Notes under the pieces: generated by a model
What the model was told of the DNA's origin: nothing
The model's input: only the letters and a program-made list of their open reading frames with translations
The model's database searches: none
Shown: in pieces, positions 9,062 to 19,700 of the stretch
Position numbering within the stretch: the stretch's first letter is position 1
How the letters are laid out: each line of letters begins with the position of its first letter
Translations under genes and position numbers: made by a program
Source of the DNA: Bacteroidota bacterium
GTDB taxonomy: Bacteria; Bacteroidota; Bacteroidia; Palsa-965
Direction: 5' to 3'
Assembly (NCBI GenBank): GCA_021299855.1
Contig: JAJTEY010000013.1
Location: forward strand, 490 to 64,489
Length of the DNA: 64,000 bases

Positions 9062-10930
9062 TTAATGTGTGGTTTGTTTTTTACCTGCAGGATGTTTGTG
9101 AATCAAATCGCCTTCCATCATGTTCTTTTCCATTTCAGGACGATTTGTTTTTCCGGTGAGGTATCGCTCAATAGTTAAACTCGCAATTGGAGCTGCCCAT
9201 GCGGAACCATATCCGGCATTTTCCACTAATACGGCAACACAAATTTTAGGATTGTTACGTGGAGCAAAACATACAAATACGGAGTGGTCATCGCCATGCG
9301 GATTCTGCGCCGTACCTGTTTTACCGCACATGTCCAATTCAGGGACATTTACACCGCGCCCTGTCCCTGCAGTCATTACACTCGACATACCTTGAACAAC
9401 AGCTTCAAAATGTTGTTTGTTGGTTACCATCGTCTGATGCTTAATGGCCCACTGCGGCAATGGTTTTGGATCTTTTCCTACACTGCGAATAATATGCGGT
9501 GTGTAAAAATGTCCACGATTGGCGATCGCACACACGATGTTACACATTTGCAAAGGTGTTACACTTAATTCTCCTTGTCCAATACCCAAACCAACGCCGG
9601 ATAACGTTAACGCCTTCCATGCGTTCTTACCGAAGACTTTATCATAATACTTCGACGTGGGCACAATTCCTTTCGCATCAAAAGGCAAATCTGTTCCCAA
9701 CTTCTCGCCAACACCAAAGCTTAACACGTACTGTCGCCAACGCTCGTATCCATCCTTCGTATCACGGGTTACTTTGTTGTTATCAATTATCGCTTTGTAC
9801 ACGTATGAAAAATACGAGTTACACGATGTGGCAATTGCTCCTTCCAAATCTGTCGGGCTGCCGTGAGGGTGGCATTTAGGTTTTCCTCCCAATAATGGGA
9901 ATCCTCGTGCACAGCCGTATGTTGTTTGTGGTGTTAAAGTTCCTTCCTGCAAACCAATCAAAGAGTTCATCAACTTAAACGTAGAGCCCGGAGGATACAT
10001 CGCCTGCAAAGCACGATTGAATAAAGGACGACCTAAAGTATCTTGCAGCAACATACTATAATTCTTGGGGAAGTCTCGACCTACGAGCAAATTCGGATCA
10101 TACGTTGGACTGGTTACCAACGCCAATATTTCTCCTGTTGTTGGATCTATCGCAGCAAGACCTCCAATTTTATTTTGAAGCAATTGTTCAACGTACAATT
10201 GTAGATCAGCATCAAGTGTTGACATCAAGCTTAATCCCGGAACAGATGCTGTATCATACAAACCATTTTTAAAACTGCCTTTGATGTTGTTGTGTACATC
10301 CCGCATTTTAATCTGGACACCTTTCTTTCCGCGCAAATATTCCTCGTAACCTTTTTCAATTCCCGATTTGCCGATGTAATCACCCGACTTATAATATTTG
10401 TCCTTTCTCGTAATACGATCATCCACTTCACCGATATAACCCAACAAGTGCGCGGCAATGGGAGTCGGGTATTTACGAACCGTGCGCGATTGCACATAAA
10501 ACCCATCGAACTTGTACAAACGCTCCTGAATACGAGCATTTAACTCAGGCAACATTTGTGATTCAAAAATGTGAGAACGATAATCTTGTCGTGCAAAATC
10601 TAAACTTCCGGAAAGTCGTTTTAGTCGCGACTTGAAATCTTCAATTGTAATATTTAAGATTTTGCATAACCCTGCAGTATCACAATTTTTCAAATCACGG
10701 GGCACTACCATTAAATCATATGCCACCTGATTGTACACCAACAACTTTCCATTACGATCGTAAATCGCACCGCGTGGTGGATAATCTGTAACGTATAAAA
10801 AGGCCTGGTTTCGTGCATCCAGTTTGTACTTGTCATCTACAATCTGCACGTAAAACAAACGCACTACATAGAGCACTGCAACGAGAAGCGCGAATCCTGC
10901 AATGAAAAATTTTCTCGACTCCTGATTCAT
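9062..10930 (-). CDS. mrdA: Penicillin-binding protein 2 (elongasome transpeptidase)
   Basis: 622 aa with an N-terminal anchor and transpeptidase motifs STFK (PPGSTFKLM), SCN (TSCNSY) and KTGT (CGKTGTAQ). Confidence 0.9.
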   Translation of the reverse strand: MNQESRKFFIAGFALLVAVLYVVRLFYVQIVDDKYKLDARNQAFLYVTDYPPRGAIYDRNGKLLVYNQVAYDLMVVPRDLKNCDTAGLCKILNITIEDFKSRLKRLSGSLDFARQDYRSHIFESQMLPELNARIQERLYKFDGFYVQSRTVRKYPTPIAAHLLGYIGEVDDRITRKDKYYKSGDYIGKSGIEKGYEEYLRGKKGVQIKMRDVHNNIKGSFKNGLYDTASVPGLSLMSTLDADLQLYVEQLLQNKIGGLAAIDPTTGEILALVTSPTYDPNLLVGRDFPKNYSMLLQDTLGRPLFNRALQAMYPPGSTFKLMNSLIGLQEGTLTPQTTYGCARGFPLLGGKPKCHPHGSPTDLEGAIATSCNSYFSYVYKAIIDNNKVTRDTKDGYERWRQYVLSFGVGEKLGTDLPFDAKGIVPTSKYYDKVFGKNAWKALTLSGVGLGIGQGELSVTPLQMCNIVCAIANRGHFYTPHIIRSVGKDPKPLPQWAIKHQTMVTNKQHFEAVVQGMSSVMTAGTGRGVNVPELDMCGKTGTAQNPHGDDHSVFVCFAPRNNPKICVAVLVENAGYGSAWAAPIASLTIERYLTGKTNRPEMEKNMMEGDLIHKHPAGKKQTTH

Positions 10931-11445
10931 AACGCTTTCTTGCTTCGATAAAATAGGAACTGCGTTACCACTACCAGTAACATTGTGGACATTCCGCTTA
11001 TGACAACACGCAAAAACGTAGAGAAAAATTCACGGAAGGAGAACATCTCCAGGTAGAAAAGACAAAAATGATGGATAAGAATAAATATGGCAGCGTACGT
11101 CAAAAACCAACTCCACCCCATATCCTGAACTGTAGGCTGAGCCGAAAATTCATACCCATCGCGTGGTGCCAGCATTTTTAAAATTCGTGAACGCATGAAT
11201 CCGATTAACGTTGAAGCAGCCATATGCATGCCAATTGTTCCGTAAAATACATCTACAAAAAATCCGGTAATGAAAGCAATTATCATCACCAGCCACGGGG
11301 GCATATCGAAAGGCAATTGCATGAGAAACAACAAATAGATAAACGGATTCACGTATGGTGCAACATCCATATTTTTCAGAATGAGTCCTTGCACCAACAC
11401 GAGTACAAAAAAGCGTATGCTATGTCTTACGATCTCATTTAGCAT
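10927..11445 (-). CDS. mreD: Rod-shape-determining protein MreD
   Basis: 172-aa polytopic membrane protein between mreC and mrdA. It overlaps both neighbours by a few nt. Confidence 0.8.
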   Translation of the reverse strand: MLNEIVRHSIRFFVLVLVQGLILKNMDVAPYVNPFIYLLFLMQLPFDMPPWLVMIIAFITGFFVDVFYGTIGMHMAASTLIGFMRSRILKMLAPRDGYEFSAQPTVQDMGWSWFLTYAAIFILIHHFCLFYLEMFSFREFFSTFLRVVISGMSTMLLVVVTQFLFYRSKKAL

Positions 11446-12280
11446 TGTTATCGCTTTCGTTTACGCGTTGTTTCAACTGTTGAATCTCTTCACGGAATAA
11501 ATCCTTGATCAAAAGCACGTGTTTCAACTTACGGAAGTCTGTGGTGAGCTGCACTTCTACCGTATATGTTTTATCACCGGCTTTCTTCTCGAAATTTTTC
11601 ACCACGCCCACCAGAACACCTTGCGGGAAGGCATCGCCAAGTCCGCTCGTGACTAACGTATCGCCTTGAGCAATTTTAGAATGCGTCGGCAGATCAATCA
11701 AATCCGCTGTTCTATAATCTCCTCCATTCCACAACAACTGTCCGAATGTTCCGTCCTTCTTAACACTGGCACTGATCTTCGTGTCTTTATGTAATACGGA
11801 CATTACGACACAAAAATTATCGGAAACTTCTCTCACAATACCAATAATTCCGGACGCACCAATTACGCCCATATCCGGTGCAACACCTTGCTTCGAACCG
11901 CGATCAAGAATAATGTAATTACTGCGTAACGTCACTGAATTATCTACTACCTCTGCTGTCAGATATTGATAGCGTTGACGATAAACCGTATCATTCACAT
12001 TAGTAGTTGCCGTATTAAAAGCAATGAACGAACCTCTGTCGCGATTGAGCAATGCTGCCAATTGATGATTCAACATTACATTCTGATCTTTCAGATTCAG
12101 ATACGCGGTGAAATTGGAACGTGTTTCGTAGATAGAGCCTGTAAACGAATTCGCAGCGGAAACAGCAGCGGCGCGTTGAAAAACATTATGCTGCACTAGG
12201 AAATACATCGACAATCCTTCGAGCAGCAGAAACAGCAACACCAGATAATTTCGTACGAGAAAAACGAGCAGGTTGCGCAT
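11435..12280 (-). CDS. mreC: Rod-shape-determining protein MreC
   Basis: 281 aa with an N-terminal anchor, a coiled-coil and the conserved VIGASGIIGIV...GDTLVTSGLGDAFPQGVLVG region. Confidence 0.85.
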   Translation of the reverse strand: MRNLLVFLVRNYLVLLFLLLEGLSMYFLVQHNVFQRAAAVSAANSFTGSIYETRSNFTAYLNLKDQNVMLNHQLAALLNRDRGSFIAFNTATTNVNDTVYRQRYQYLTAEVVDNSVTLRSNYIILDRGSKQGVAPDMGVIGASGIIGIVREVSDNFCVVMSVLHKDTKISASVKKDGTFGQLLWNGGDYRTADLIDLPTHSKIAQGDTLVTSGLGDAFPQGVLVGVVKNFEKKAGDKTYTVEVQLTTDFRKLKHVLLIKDLFREEIQQLKQRVNESDNNAK

Positions 12281-12304
12281 GTTTCAACTTCCGCAATAAA
12301 CGTA

Positions 12305-13327
12305 TTACTTGATCAGGAATGGGAACTTATCAATGTTCTTCAATGCAATACCGGTTCCGCGGGCAACAGCACGTAACGGATCTTCGGCAACATGCACCGG
12401 AAGTTTAGTCTTCTGTGAAATACGTTTGTCCAATCCGCGTAAAAGCGAACCACCGCCCGCAAGATAAATACCGGTACGATAGATATCCGCAGATAATTCC
12501 GGCGGTGTCATTTCCAACGCATTCAAAATCGCTTCTTCAATTTTTGAAATTGATTTATCCAGTGCGTGTGCGATTTCCACATACGACACATAAATCTCTT
12601 TCGGAATACCGGTCATCAAGTCACGACCGTGTACAGGAAAATCAGCAGGCGGATTTTCAATTTCAGAAAGCGCTGCACCTACTTCAATCTTAATACGTTC
12701 AGCTGTACGTTCACCGATCAAAATATTGTGCTGACGACGCATGTATTCTTCGATGCTGGCTGTGAATTCATCACCCGCAATACGAATGGACTTATCACAC
12801 ACAATTCCACCTAACGCAATAACCGCAATTTCCGAAGTACCACCACCGATATCGATAATCATATTACCCATTGGTTCTTCAACATCGATACCAATACCGA
12901 TTGCTGCTGCCATTGGTTCGTGAATCAGATAAACTTCTTTGGCTCCTGCATGTTCAGCAGAGTCGCGAACGGCACGCTTTTCCACTTCGGTAATGCCGGA
13001 AGGAATACAAATTACCATTCGCAACGAAGGCGAGAATAATTTACGACCCGGATTGATCATTCGAATCATACCGCGGATCATATGTTCTGCCGCGTGGAAG
13101 TCGGCAATTACACCGTCTTTCAGTGGACGAATAGTTTTAATATTCTCGTGTGTCTTACCGTGCATTTGCATGGCTTGCTTACCAACGGCAATAACCTTTC
13201 CCGAGCCGCGATCAATCGCAACAATAGAGGGTTCATCAACCACCACTTTATCATTGTGAATGATAATCGTGTTAGCAGTGCCTAAGTCAATGGCAATTTC
13301 TTGTGTAAATAAATCAAATACTCCCAT
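12305..13327 (-). CDS. mreB: Actin-like rod-shape protein MreB
   Basis: The protein shows IAIDLGTANT...VICIPSGITEVEKRAV...IDIGGGTSEIAV...GIYLAGGGSLLRGLD. Confidence 0.95.
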   Translation of the reverse strand: MGVFDLFTQEIAIDLGTANTIIIHNDKVVVDEPSIVAIDRGSGKVIAVGKQAMQMHGKTHENIKTIRPLKDGVIADFHAAEHMIRGMIRMINPGRKLFSPSLRMVICIPSGITEVEKRAVRDSAEHAGAKEVYLIHEPMAAAIGIGIDVEEPMGNMIIDIGGGTSEIAVIALGGIVCDKSIRIAGDEFTASIEEYMRRQHNILIGERTAERIKIEVGAALSEIENPPADFPVHGRDLMTGIPKEIYVSYVEIAHALDKSISKIEEAILNALEMTPPELSADIYRTGIYLAGGGSLLRGLDKRISQKTKLPVHVAEDPLRAVARGTGIALKNIDKFPFLIK

Positions 13328-13351
13328 GGGCTAATTGTTCGGGGAAATTTA

Positions 13352-14878
13352 TCAATGTTTAAAATGTCTGTTTCCTGTAAATACCATTGCCATTTTGTGA
13401 TCATCACAATACGCAATAGAATCTTTGTCTTTAATGGATCCGCCGGGTTGCACTACTGAATGAATGCCGGCTTCATCAGCAATTTGCACACAATCCGGGA
13501 ACGGGAAGAACGCATCGGAAGCCATCACCGCACCGTTCAAATCGAAATTGAATGCACGTGCTTTTGCAATCGCTTGCTTTAATGCATCTACGCGTGAAGT
13601 TTGACCTGTGCCACTTGCCAACAACATATTATTCTTCGCAAGAACAATAGTATTTGACTTCGTATGCTTCACCAGCTTATTCGCAAAAACCAAATCACGA
13701 TACTCTGTTTCGGAAGGAACTTCGCGAGTAACAGGTGTCATATCATTTTTCGATTCGCTCTTCAAATCTTTATCCTGCAATACCACCCCGTTCAATAAGG
13801 TGCGGAATTGTTGTTTAGGCAAACTAACTTCTTTACGGCGCAGGATAATGCGATTTACTTTCGACTTCAAAATTTCCATCGCATCTGCAGTATAAGCAGG
13901 TGCAATGATCACTTCAAAAAATATCTTGTTGATTTCAGTTGCGGCTGCTGCATCTACATCTCGGTTCGTGATAAGAATTCCACCGAAAGCAGAAACCGGA
14001 TCGCCTGCTAATGCATCGTTCCATGCTTCCAATACCGTTGAACGAGATGCTACACCACAAGCATTGTTGTGTTTTAAAATCGCAAATGTGCAATCACTGA
14101 AATCATCAATGAGTTGCACTGCAGCATCAATATCAAGCAGGTTATTGTATGAAAGTTCTTTACCGTTCAGTCGATCGAACATAGCGTCCAAATCACCGAA
14201 GAACATACCGCGCTGATGCGGATTCTCTCCGTACCGCAACACGTGCCCATTATTTTCCGCATGACGGAAGAGCGGCTCCTGCTGTGCTGTATTGAACCAA
14301 TTAAAAATTGCAGTGTCATACTGCGACGAAACAGAAAACGCTCGTGTTGCAAATGCTTTACGATCGGCAAGCGACGTTTGTCCGTTTGTCTCTTCCAGCA
14401 AATTCAACAATGCAGGATATTCACTTCGCGATGAAATGATCAATACATCTTTGAAATTTTTAGCACCCGCGCGAATCAACGAAATTCCTCCGATGTCAAT
14501 TTTCTCAATGATATCTTGTTCTCCCGCTCCGGACGCAACAGTTGCTTCAAACGGATACAAGTCAACAATCACTAAATCAATTTCAGGGATTTCGAATTCT
14601 TCCAACTGCGCGATATCCGAATCCAATTCACGACGACTTAATATTCCGCCAAAAATTTTCGGGTGCAACGTTTTCACGCGACCACCCAAAATGGAAGGAT
14701 AAGAAGTAAGATCTTCTACCGGAGTAACCGGAATTCCTAATTGTTCAATAAATGTTTGCGTGCCGCCTGTACTGAACAAACCTACACCCAAATTATGAAG
14801 CTGTTTAATAATTGGTTCTAAATGATCTTTGTGATACACTGAAACCAATGCATTTTTTATCTTTTTCAATTCACTCAT
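13352..14878 (-). CDS. purH: Bifunctional AICAR formyltransferase / IMP cyclohydrolase
   Basis: 508 aa: ALVSVYHKD...STGGT...GGRVKTLHPKIFGGIL...YGENPHQ...ASDAFFPFPD...VVQPGGSIKD. Confidence 0.95.
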   Translation of the reverse strand: MSELKKIKNALVSVYHKDHLEPIIKQLHNLGVGLFSTGGTQTFIEQLGIPVTPVEDLTSYPSILGGRVKTLHPKIFGGILSRRELDSDIAQLEEFEIPEIDLVIVDLYPFEATVASGAGEQDIIEKIDIGGISLIRAGAKNFKDVLIISSRSEYPALLNLLEETNGQTSLADRKAFATRAFSVSSQYDTAIFNWFNTAQQEPLFRHAENNGHVLRYGENPHQRGMFFGDLDAMFDRLNGKELSYNNLLDIDAAVQLIDDFSDCTFAILKHNNACGVASRSTVLEAWNDALAGDPVSAFGGILITNRDVDAAAATEINKIFFEVIIAPAYTADAMEILKSKVNRIILRRKEVSLPKQQFRTLLNGVVLQDKDLKSESKNDMTPVTREVPSETEYRDLVFANKLVKHTKSNTIVLAKNNMLLASGTGQTSRVDALKQAIAKARAFNFDLNGAVMASDAFFPFPDCVQIADEAGIHSVVQPGGSIKDKDSIAYCDDHKMAMVFTGNRHFKH

Positions 14879-15090
14879 AATTTACCCGGAAAAACGTTGT
14901 GAAGGTAAGAAGTTTAAAAGCGCCGAAAACCCGCCAAACCCTTGTTTTTTCTCATTGTTGATAAGATCGATTTTCTGTTCATAACTGCGAATGTGGGTAA
15001 TCGGGAATTGAAATTCCGATTCAAAAAAACAGGTGTCGGGACTGCCTGAAAAAGTGCAAGAAAAATGAAGCTAACTGCACCCGTCTGTAG

Positions 15091-15098
15091 TACCTTTG
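15091..15098 (+). promoter_or_regulatory. -7 promoter box (TAnnTTTG) for the ABC permease gene
   Basis: TACCTTTG lies 5 nt before ATG 15104. Confidence 0.5.
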
Positions 15099-15103
15099 AT
15101 GTA

Positions 15104-16357
15104 ATGATCTTTCTGACGCTTTTACGAGAAAGTATTTCGTTCGCTTTTCATGCACTTCGCGTGAATCGCTTACGTACACTGCTTTCCCTGCTGGGGATTA
15201 CCATTGGCATCTTCGCGATTATTGCGGTATTCACGGCTGTGGATTCTATGGAATACAAAGTGCGCTCGAGTGTGCAGTCGTTAGGAGAGAATGTGATTTA
15301 TATTGAAAAATGGCCGTGGGCGCCGGAGGACGGTGTGGAATATGAGTGGTGGGAATACATGAATCGCCCGGTAGCAAAGGTTTCAGAGGCCGAAGAACTT
15401 GCCAAACGATTAACGCTGAGTGAGGCTGTAGTGTTTACAGCACGACTCCGTAAAACCGTCAATTACAAAACTTCCTTCGTAGAAAACGCCCAGGTTCAGG
15501 CGGCCATGTATCCGTACGACCGCGTAAAAACCTTTAATATCAGTACCGGCCGCTACTTTACGGAGCAGGAAACGGAAGCCGGTAAAGCAGTGTGTATCAT
15601 CGGCGATAACATTCGCAACGCTCTCTTTAACCTGGAAGACCCGCTGGGTAAGGACATCAAAGTGTTCGGTCTGAAAGTGACCGTGGTAGGCGTTTTCGAC
15701 CCGGAAGGTGAAAGTCTGCTGGGCAACAGCATGGACAGTCAGATTCTGATGCCACTGGAGTTTATTCGCAATATTGCGGATGTACGTAAAGAAGAACTAT
15801 CGCCCAATATCATGGTGAAAGCCTTGCCGGGCGTGGCTGTGGCCGATTTGAAAGATGAAGTGAAAGGTATTATGCGGAGTATTCGTCGTCTGAAACCCAC
15901 GGAAGACGAGAACTTCACGCTAAATGAAGTGAGCATTCTATCCTCCGGTTTAGAGCAAATGTTCGGCATTATCGGCACTGCGGGCTGGATTATCGGAGCG
16001 TTCTCTATTCTTGTGGGAGGATTCGGCATCGCGAATATCATGTTCGTTTCGGTGCGTGAGCGAACCGGACAGATCGGTATTCAGAAAGCTTTGGGCGCAA
16101 AAAACTGGTTTATTCTTACCCAGTTTTTGACAGAATCAATTGTACTGTGCATTATTGGCGGTGTATTGGGATTAGTGCTAGTCTGGGGAGGCACTGCCAT
16201 TGCGAGTTCTGCCCTGGATTTCGACTTTACACTTAAAGCGTCCAATATCGTTCTCGGATTAACGATTTCCGTTTTGATTGGTATTATTTCCGGTTTCATT
16301 CCTTCCTATTCCGCGTCACAACTGGATCCGGTGGAAGCAATTCGCAGTTCATCCTAA
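15104..16357 (+). CDS. MacB/FtsX-family ABC transporter permease
   Basis: An N-terminal TM (LRTLLSLLGITIGIFAIIAV) and a large periplasmic domain are followed by a C-terminal FtsX 3-TM domain (GIANIMFVSVRERTGQIGIQKALGA). The start was moved to the ATG after the -7 box. Confidence 0.85.
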   Translation: MIFLTLLRESISFAFHALRVNRLRTLLSLLGITIGIFAIIAVFTAVDSMEYKVRSSVQSLGENVIYIEKWPWAPEDGVEYEWWEYMNRPVAKVSEAEELAKRLTLSEAVVFTARLRKTVNYKTSFVENAQVQAAMYPYDRVKTFNISTGRYFTEQETEAGKAVCIIGDNIRNALFNLEDPLGKDIKVFGLKVTVVGVFDPEGESLLGNSMDSQILMPLEFIRNIADVRKEELSPNIMVKALPGVAVADLKDEVKGIMRSIRRLKPTEDENFTLNEVSILSSGLEQMFGIIGTAGWIIGAFSILVGGFGIANIMFVSVRERTGQIGIQKALGAKNWFILTQFLTESIVLCIIGGVLGLVLVWGGTAIASSALDFDFTLKASNIVLGLTISVLIGIISGFIPSYSASQLDPVEAIRSSS

Positions 16358-16358
16358 T

Positions 16359-16706
16359 ATGGCTTATACGACATATAAACGTCCGGGAATACTAACCGCG
16401 CTTTGTATCATCGGATACATTGTGGTGATGGGCTCATTGCCATCCATCTTCTCGCCTGACGTGCGCCGATTAGGAATTTGGTTTCCATCGGTATTAGGAT
16501 TACTAATCGCGCTTAGGTTTATTGCCTTTGTCGGCATTTGGCACATGAAAAAGTGGGGCGTAGAACTTTTGTTGTACGCGTTTCTCGGTGGACTAATCAT
16601 CACCGAATTGGCGGGAATTACTTCGTACTACGTTGGCGTTCCTGCTCAAATTATCGCGTTGGGCGTGGCTTTCATCTATTACCGAAAGATGGATCGCAAC
16701 CTGTAA
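16359..16706 (+). CDS. Small polytopic membrane protein, unknown function
   Basis: The start MAYTTYKRPG lies 1 nt after the permease stop. About 115 aa with 4 hydrophobic segments. Confidence 0.6.
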   Translation: MAYTTYKRPGILTALCIIGYIVVMGSLPSIFSPDVRRLGIWFPSVLGLLIALRFIAFVGIWHMKKWGVELLLYAFLGGLIITELAGITSYYVGVPAQIIALGVAFIYYRKMDRNL

Positions 16707-16711
16707 TCCGA

Positions 16712-19700
16712 TTATCCGATATGTTGCAATCGTGCTATCGCATCCTGCACAGAACGCACCGGCTCGAACGACAAGGTCAATTTGTTGTTAGTCTCTTTCA
16801 TCTTCGCGTCGTAATTGGATTGCACATAGCGCAACACTTTAGTGAACGCTTCCGACTGGTAATACGGAGAATTTTGATTGGCCACGAAATAGCAGATCAT
16901 CTTCCCATTTTTCAATATGATGCGCTCCATGCCCAGTTCCATCCCCAGCCAACGCAGACGCACAGTCTCAATCAACTCCAACACCTGCGCAGGAATAGGC
17001 CCGAAACGATCGCGGAGCATGTCTTCAAAACGCATCAAGTCATCGTCTGTTTCGCTATCGTCCAATTGACGATACAGCGATAAACGTTCGGTGATATTAT
17101 TGACGTAAGCATCCGGAATCAGAATTTCCAGATCTGTATCCACTTGTGTATCGCGCACGTAAACACCAATATGTTTGGCATGCACATCAGCGCGAGCTTC
17201 TTTCTGTTCGGCTTCCTCTTCTTTAAACAGATCTTTGAATTCGGTTTCTTTTAATTCCTGAATGGCCTCATCCAATATCTTTTGATACATATCAAAACCG
17301 AGATCAGAAATAAACCCGCTTTGTTCTGCACCCAGCAAATTACCGGCTCCGCGAATATCCAGGTCGCGTAATGAAATATGGAAACCACTTCCGAGATCCG
17401 AGAAATCTTCTATGGCCTTCAAACGACGCTGTGCTTCAGAAGTAAGCATAAATGCAGGCGGAGCTATTAAATAACAAAATGCTTTCTTATTACTTCTTCC
17501 AACACGCCCGCGCATTTGGTGTAAATCGCTCAACCCAAACATGTGCGCATCGTTGATGATGATGGTATTCGCATTACTGATGTCCAAACCGGATTCAATA
17601 ATAGTTGTTGCCACGAGAACATCATACTGACCTTCGATAAAGTCAACCATTATTTGTTCCAACTTACCGCCGTCCATTTGTCCATGCCCAACGGCAACGC
17701 GCATATCAGGACATAAACGCTGTATCATTCCCGCGATTTCCAAAATATTCTGCACGCGATTATGAATTACAAACACTTGTCCGCCGCGCTGTACTTCGAA
17801 CATGATCGCATCACGAAACAGCTCTTCACTGAATGTGTGCAACTCTGTTTGCACAGGAAAACGATTCGGAGGCGGCGTATTAATTACGCTTAAATCACGC
17901 GCACTCATTAAGGAAAACTGCAAGGTTCGTGGAATAGGCGTTGCTGTTAAGGTCAACGTATCCACATTCACTTTCATGGTTTTCAATTTGTCCTTTACCG
18001 CAACACCAAACTTTTGTTCTTCATCGATGATAAGCAATCCGAGATCTTTAAACTTGACTTCCTTCCCCGTAATGGCATGCGTGCCGATCAGAATATCAAT
18101 TTTACCCTCTTCAACTTTTTTAAGAATCTCCTTTTTCTCCTTGGCAGTGCGAAAACGATTGATGAATTCAATATTCGCCGGAAAATTCTTAAGTCGTTCC
18201 GAAAACGTTTTATAATGTTGCAGCGCAAGAATAGTGGTAGGAACCAAAACCGCAACTTGTTTACTATTGCAAACCGTTTTGAACGCCGCACGAATTGCGA
18301 CTTCCGTCTTACCGAAACCAACGTCACCGCACACTAAACGATCCATCACCCGCTCGCGCTCCATGTCCTTTTTCACATCCATAGTTGCCTTGTACTGATC
18401 CGGTGTATCTTCATAAATGAACGAAGCCTCCAATTCAGTTTGCAAATAGTTATCGGGTAGAAACGCGAATCCCATTTTTGCTTTGCGTTCCGCGTATAGC
18501 CTGATCAAATCAAACGCCAGCTCCCGAACACGAATGCGCGTTTTCTGCTTTAAATTTTGCCAAGCATTGGAGCCCAACTTGTCAATACGCGGGGCTTCAC
18601 CTTCTTTACCCGAAAATTTAGCAATGCGGTGTAAAGAATGAATGCTCACAAACAAAACGTCGTTGTCACGGTACACTATTTTAATTGCTTCCTGTTGCTT
18701 ACCGTTAACATCAATCTTTTGAAGCCCGGCAAACTTGCCTACACCATGATCAATGTGAACGACATAATCTCCCGGATTTAAGCCGCGCAATTCTTTCAGT
18801 GACAGCGCTTCCTTCTTGCGCTGGAATCCATCCCGCAAACGGAAACGATGATATCGTTCAAAAATCTGGTGATCCGTGTAACATGCCAGTTTCAAATCGT
18901 GATCAACAAATCCTTCATGAAAAGAGATGGACAAGGTCGTGTACTCCAATTTGCGACCGATATCTTCAAAAATGGCATGAAGTCGTTCGGATTGTTTCGG
19001 ATTATCGGTAAAGATGATATTGCCGAAACCGTTGCTCTGATTAGAAGCAATATCCTGTGTCAGCAAATCGAAATTTTTATTGAACGATGGTTGAGGCGAA
19101 ACACTGAAAGCAATAGTCTTACCACCGTTCAATCCGTGTCGCTGACCAAATTCGATGATGTGAAATGATTTGATGCTCTCACTAAAAACCGCCCCATTCA
19201 GAAATAATTGTTCCGGTGCAAGTCGACGCACAGCAGCATCCGCGAAGTCTTCATTATAGATGCGCTCCGCTGTTTCAAAATCTTTATCTAATTGAGCAAT
19301 CGTCAATTCAACATCATACGACCAAATAACGGGACGTGCGTGAGGTCCTTCCACGCCTGTGATGTAGGACAAAAATGTTTCCCGACTTTCTTGTAAGATT
19401 TTGCCCTGCACGTTGGGAATGATAGTGAGGAAATCCAGGTTCTTTAAAGAAAGTTGTGTAAGTGCATCAAACGTACGTATAGAATCTACATCGTCACCGA
19501 AAAATTCAATTCGAAACGGATGTTCATTCGCGAATGAGAACACATCGATAATTCCACCGCGAACTGCATATTGCCCTGCTTCATAAACATAGTCAACACG
19601 TTCAAAACCGAATTCATATAACAGATCAGTGATGAAGGCTATAGAAACTTTATCGCCACGTTTTAATGTTAACGTGTTTTTTTCGAGTTGTGATTTTGTA

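Noticed and set aside
16538-17083. 181-codon plus-strand ORF inside mfd. Similar long antisense ORFs lie at 61356..61874 inside fumC/prfB and at 31061..31552 inside lysC
   Set aside because: They lie entirely within strongly supported genes on the opposite strand. Their composition is Arg/His/Ile-rich and low in complexity, typical of shadow ORFs.
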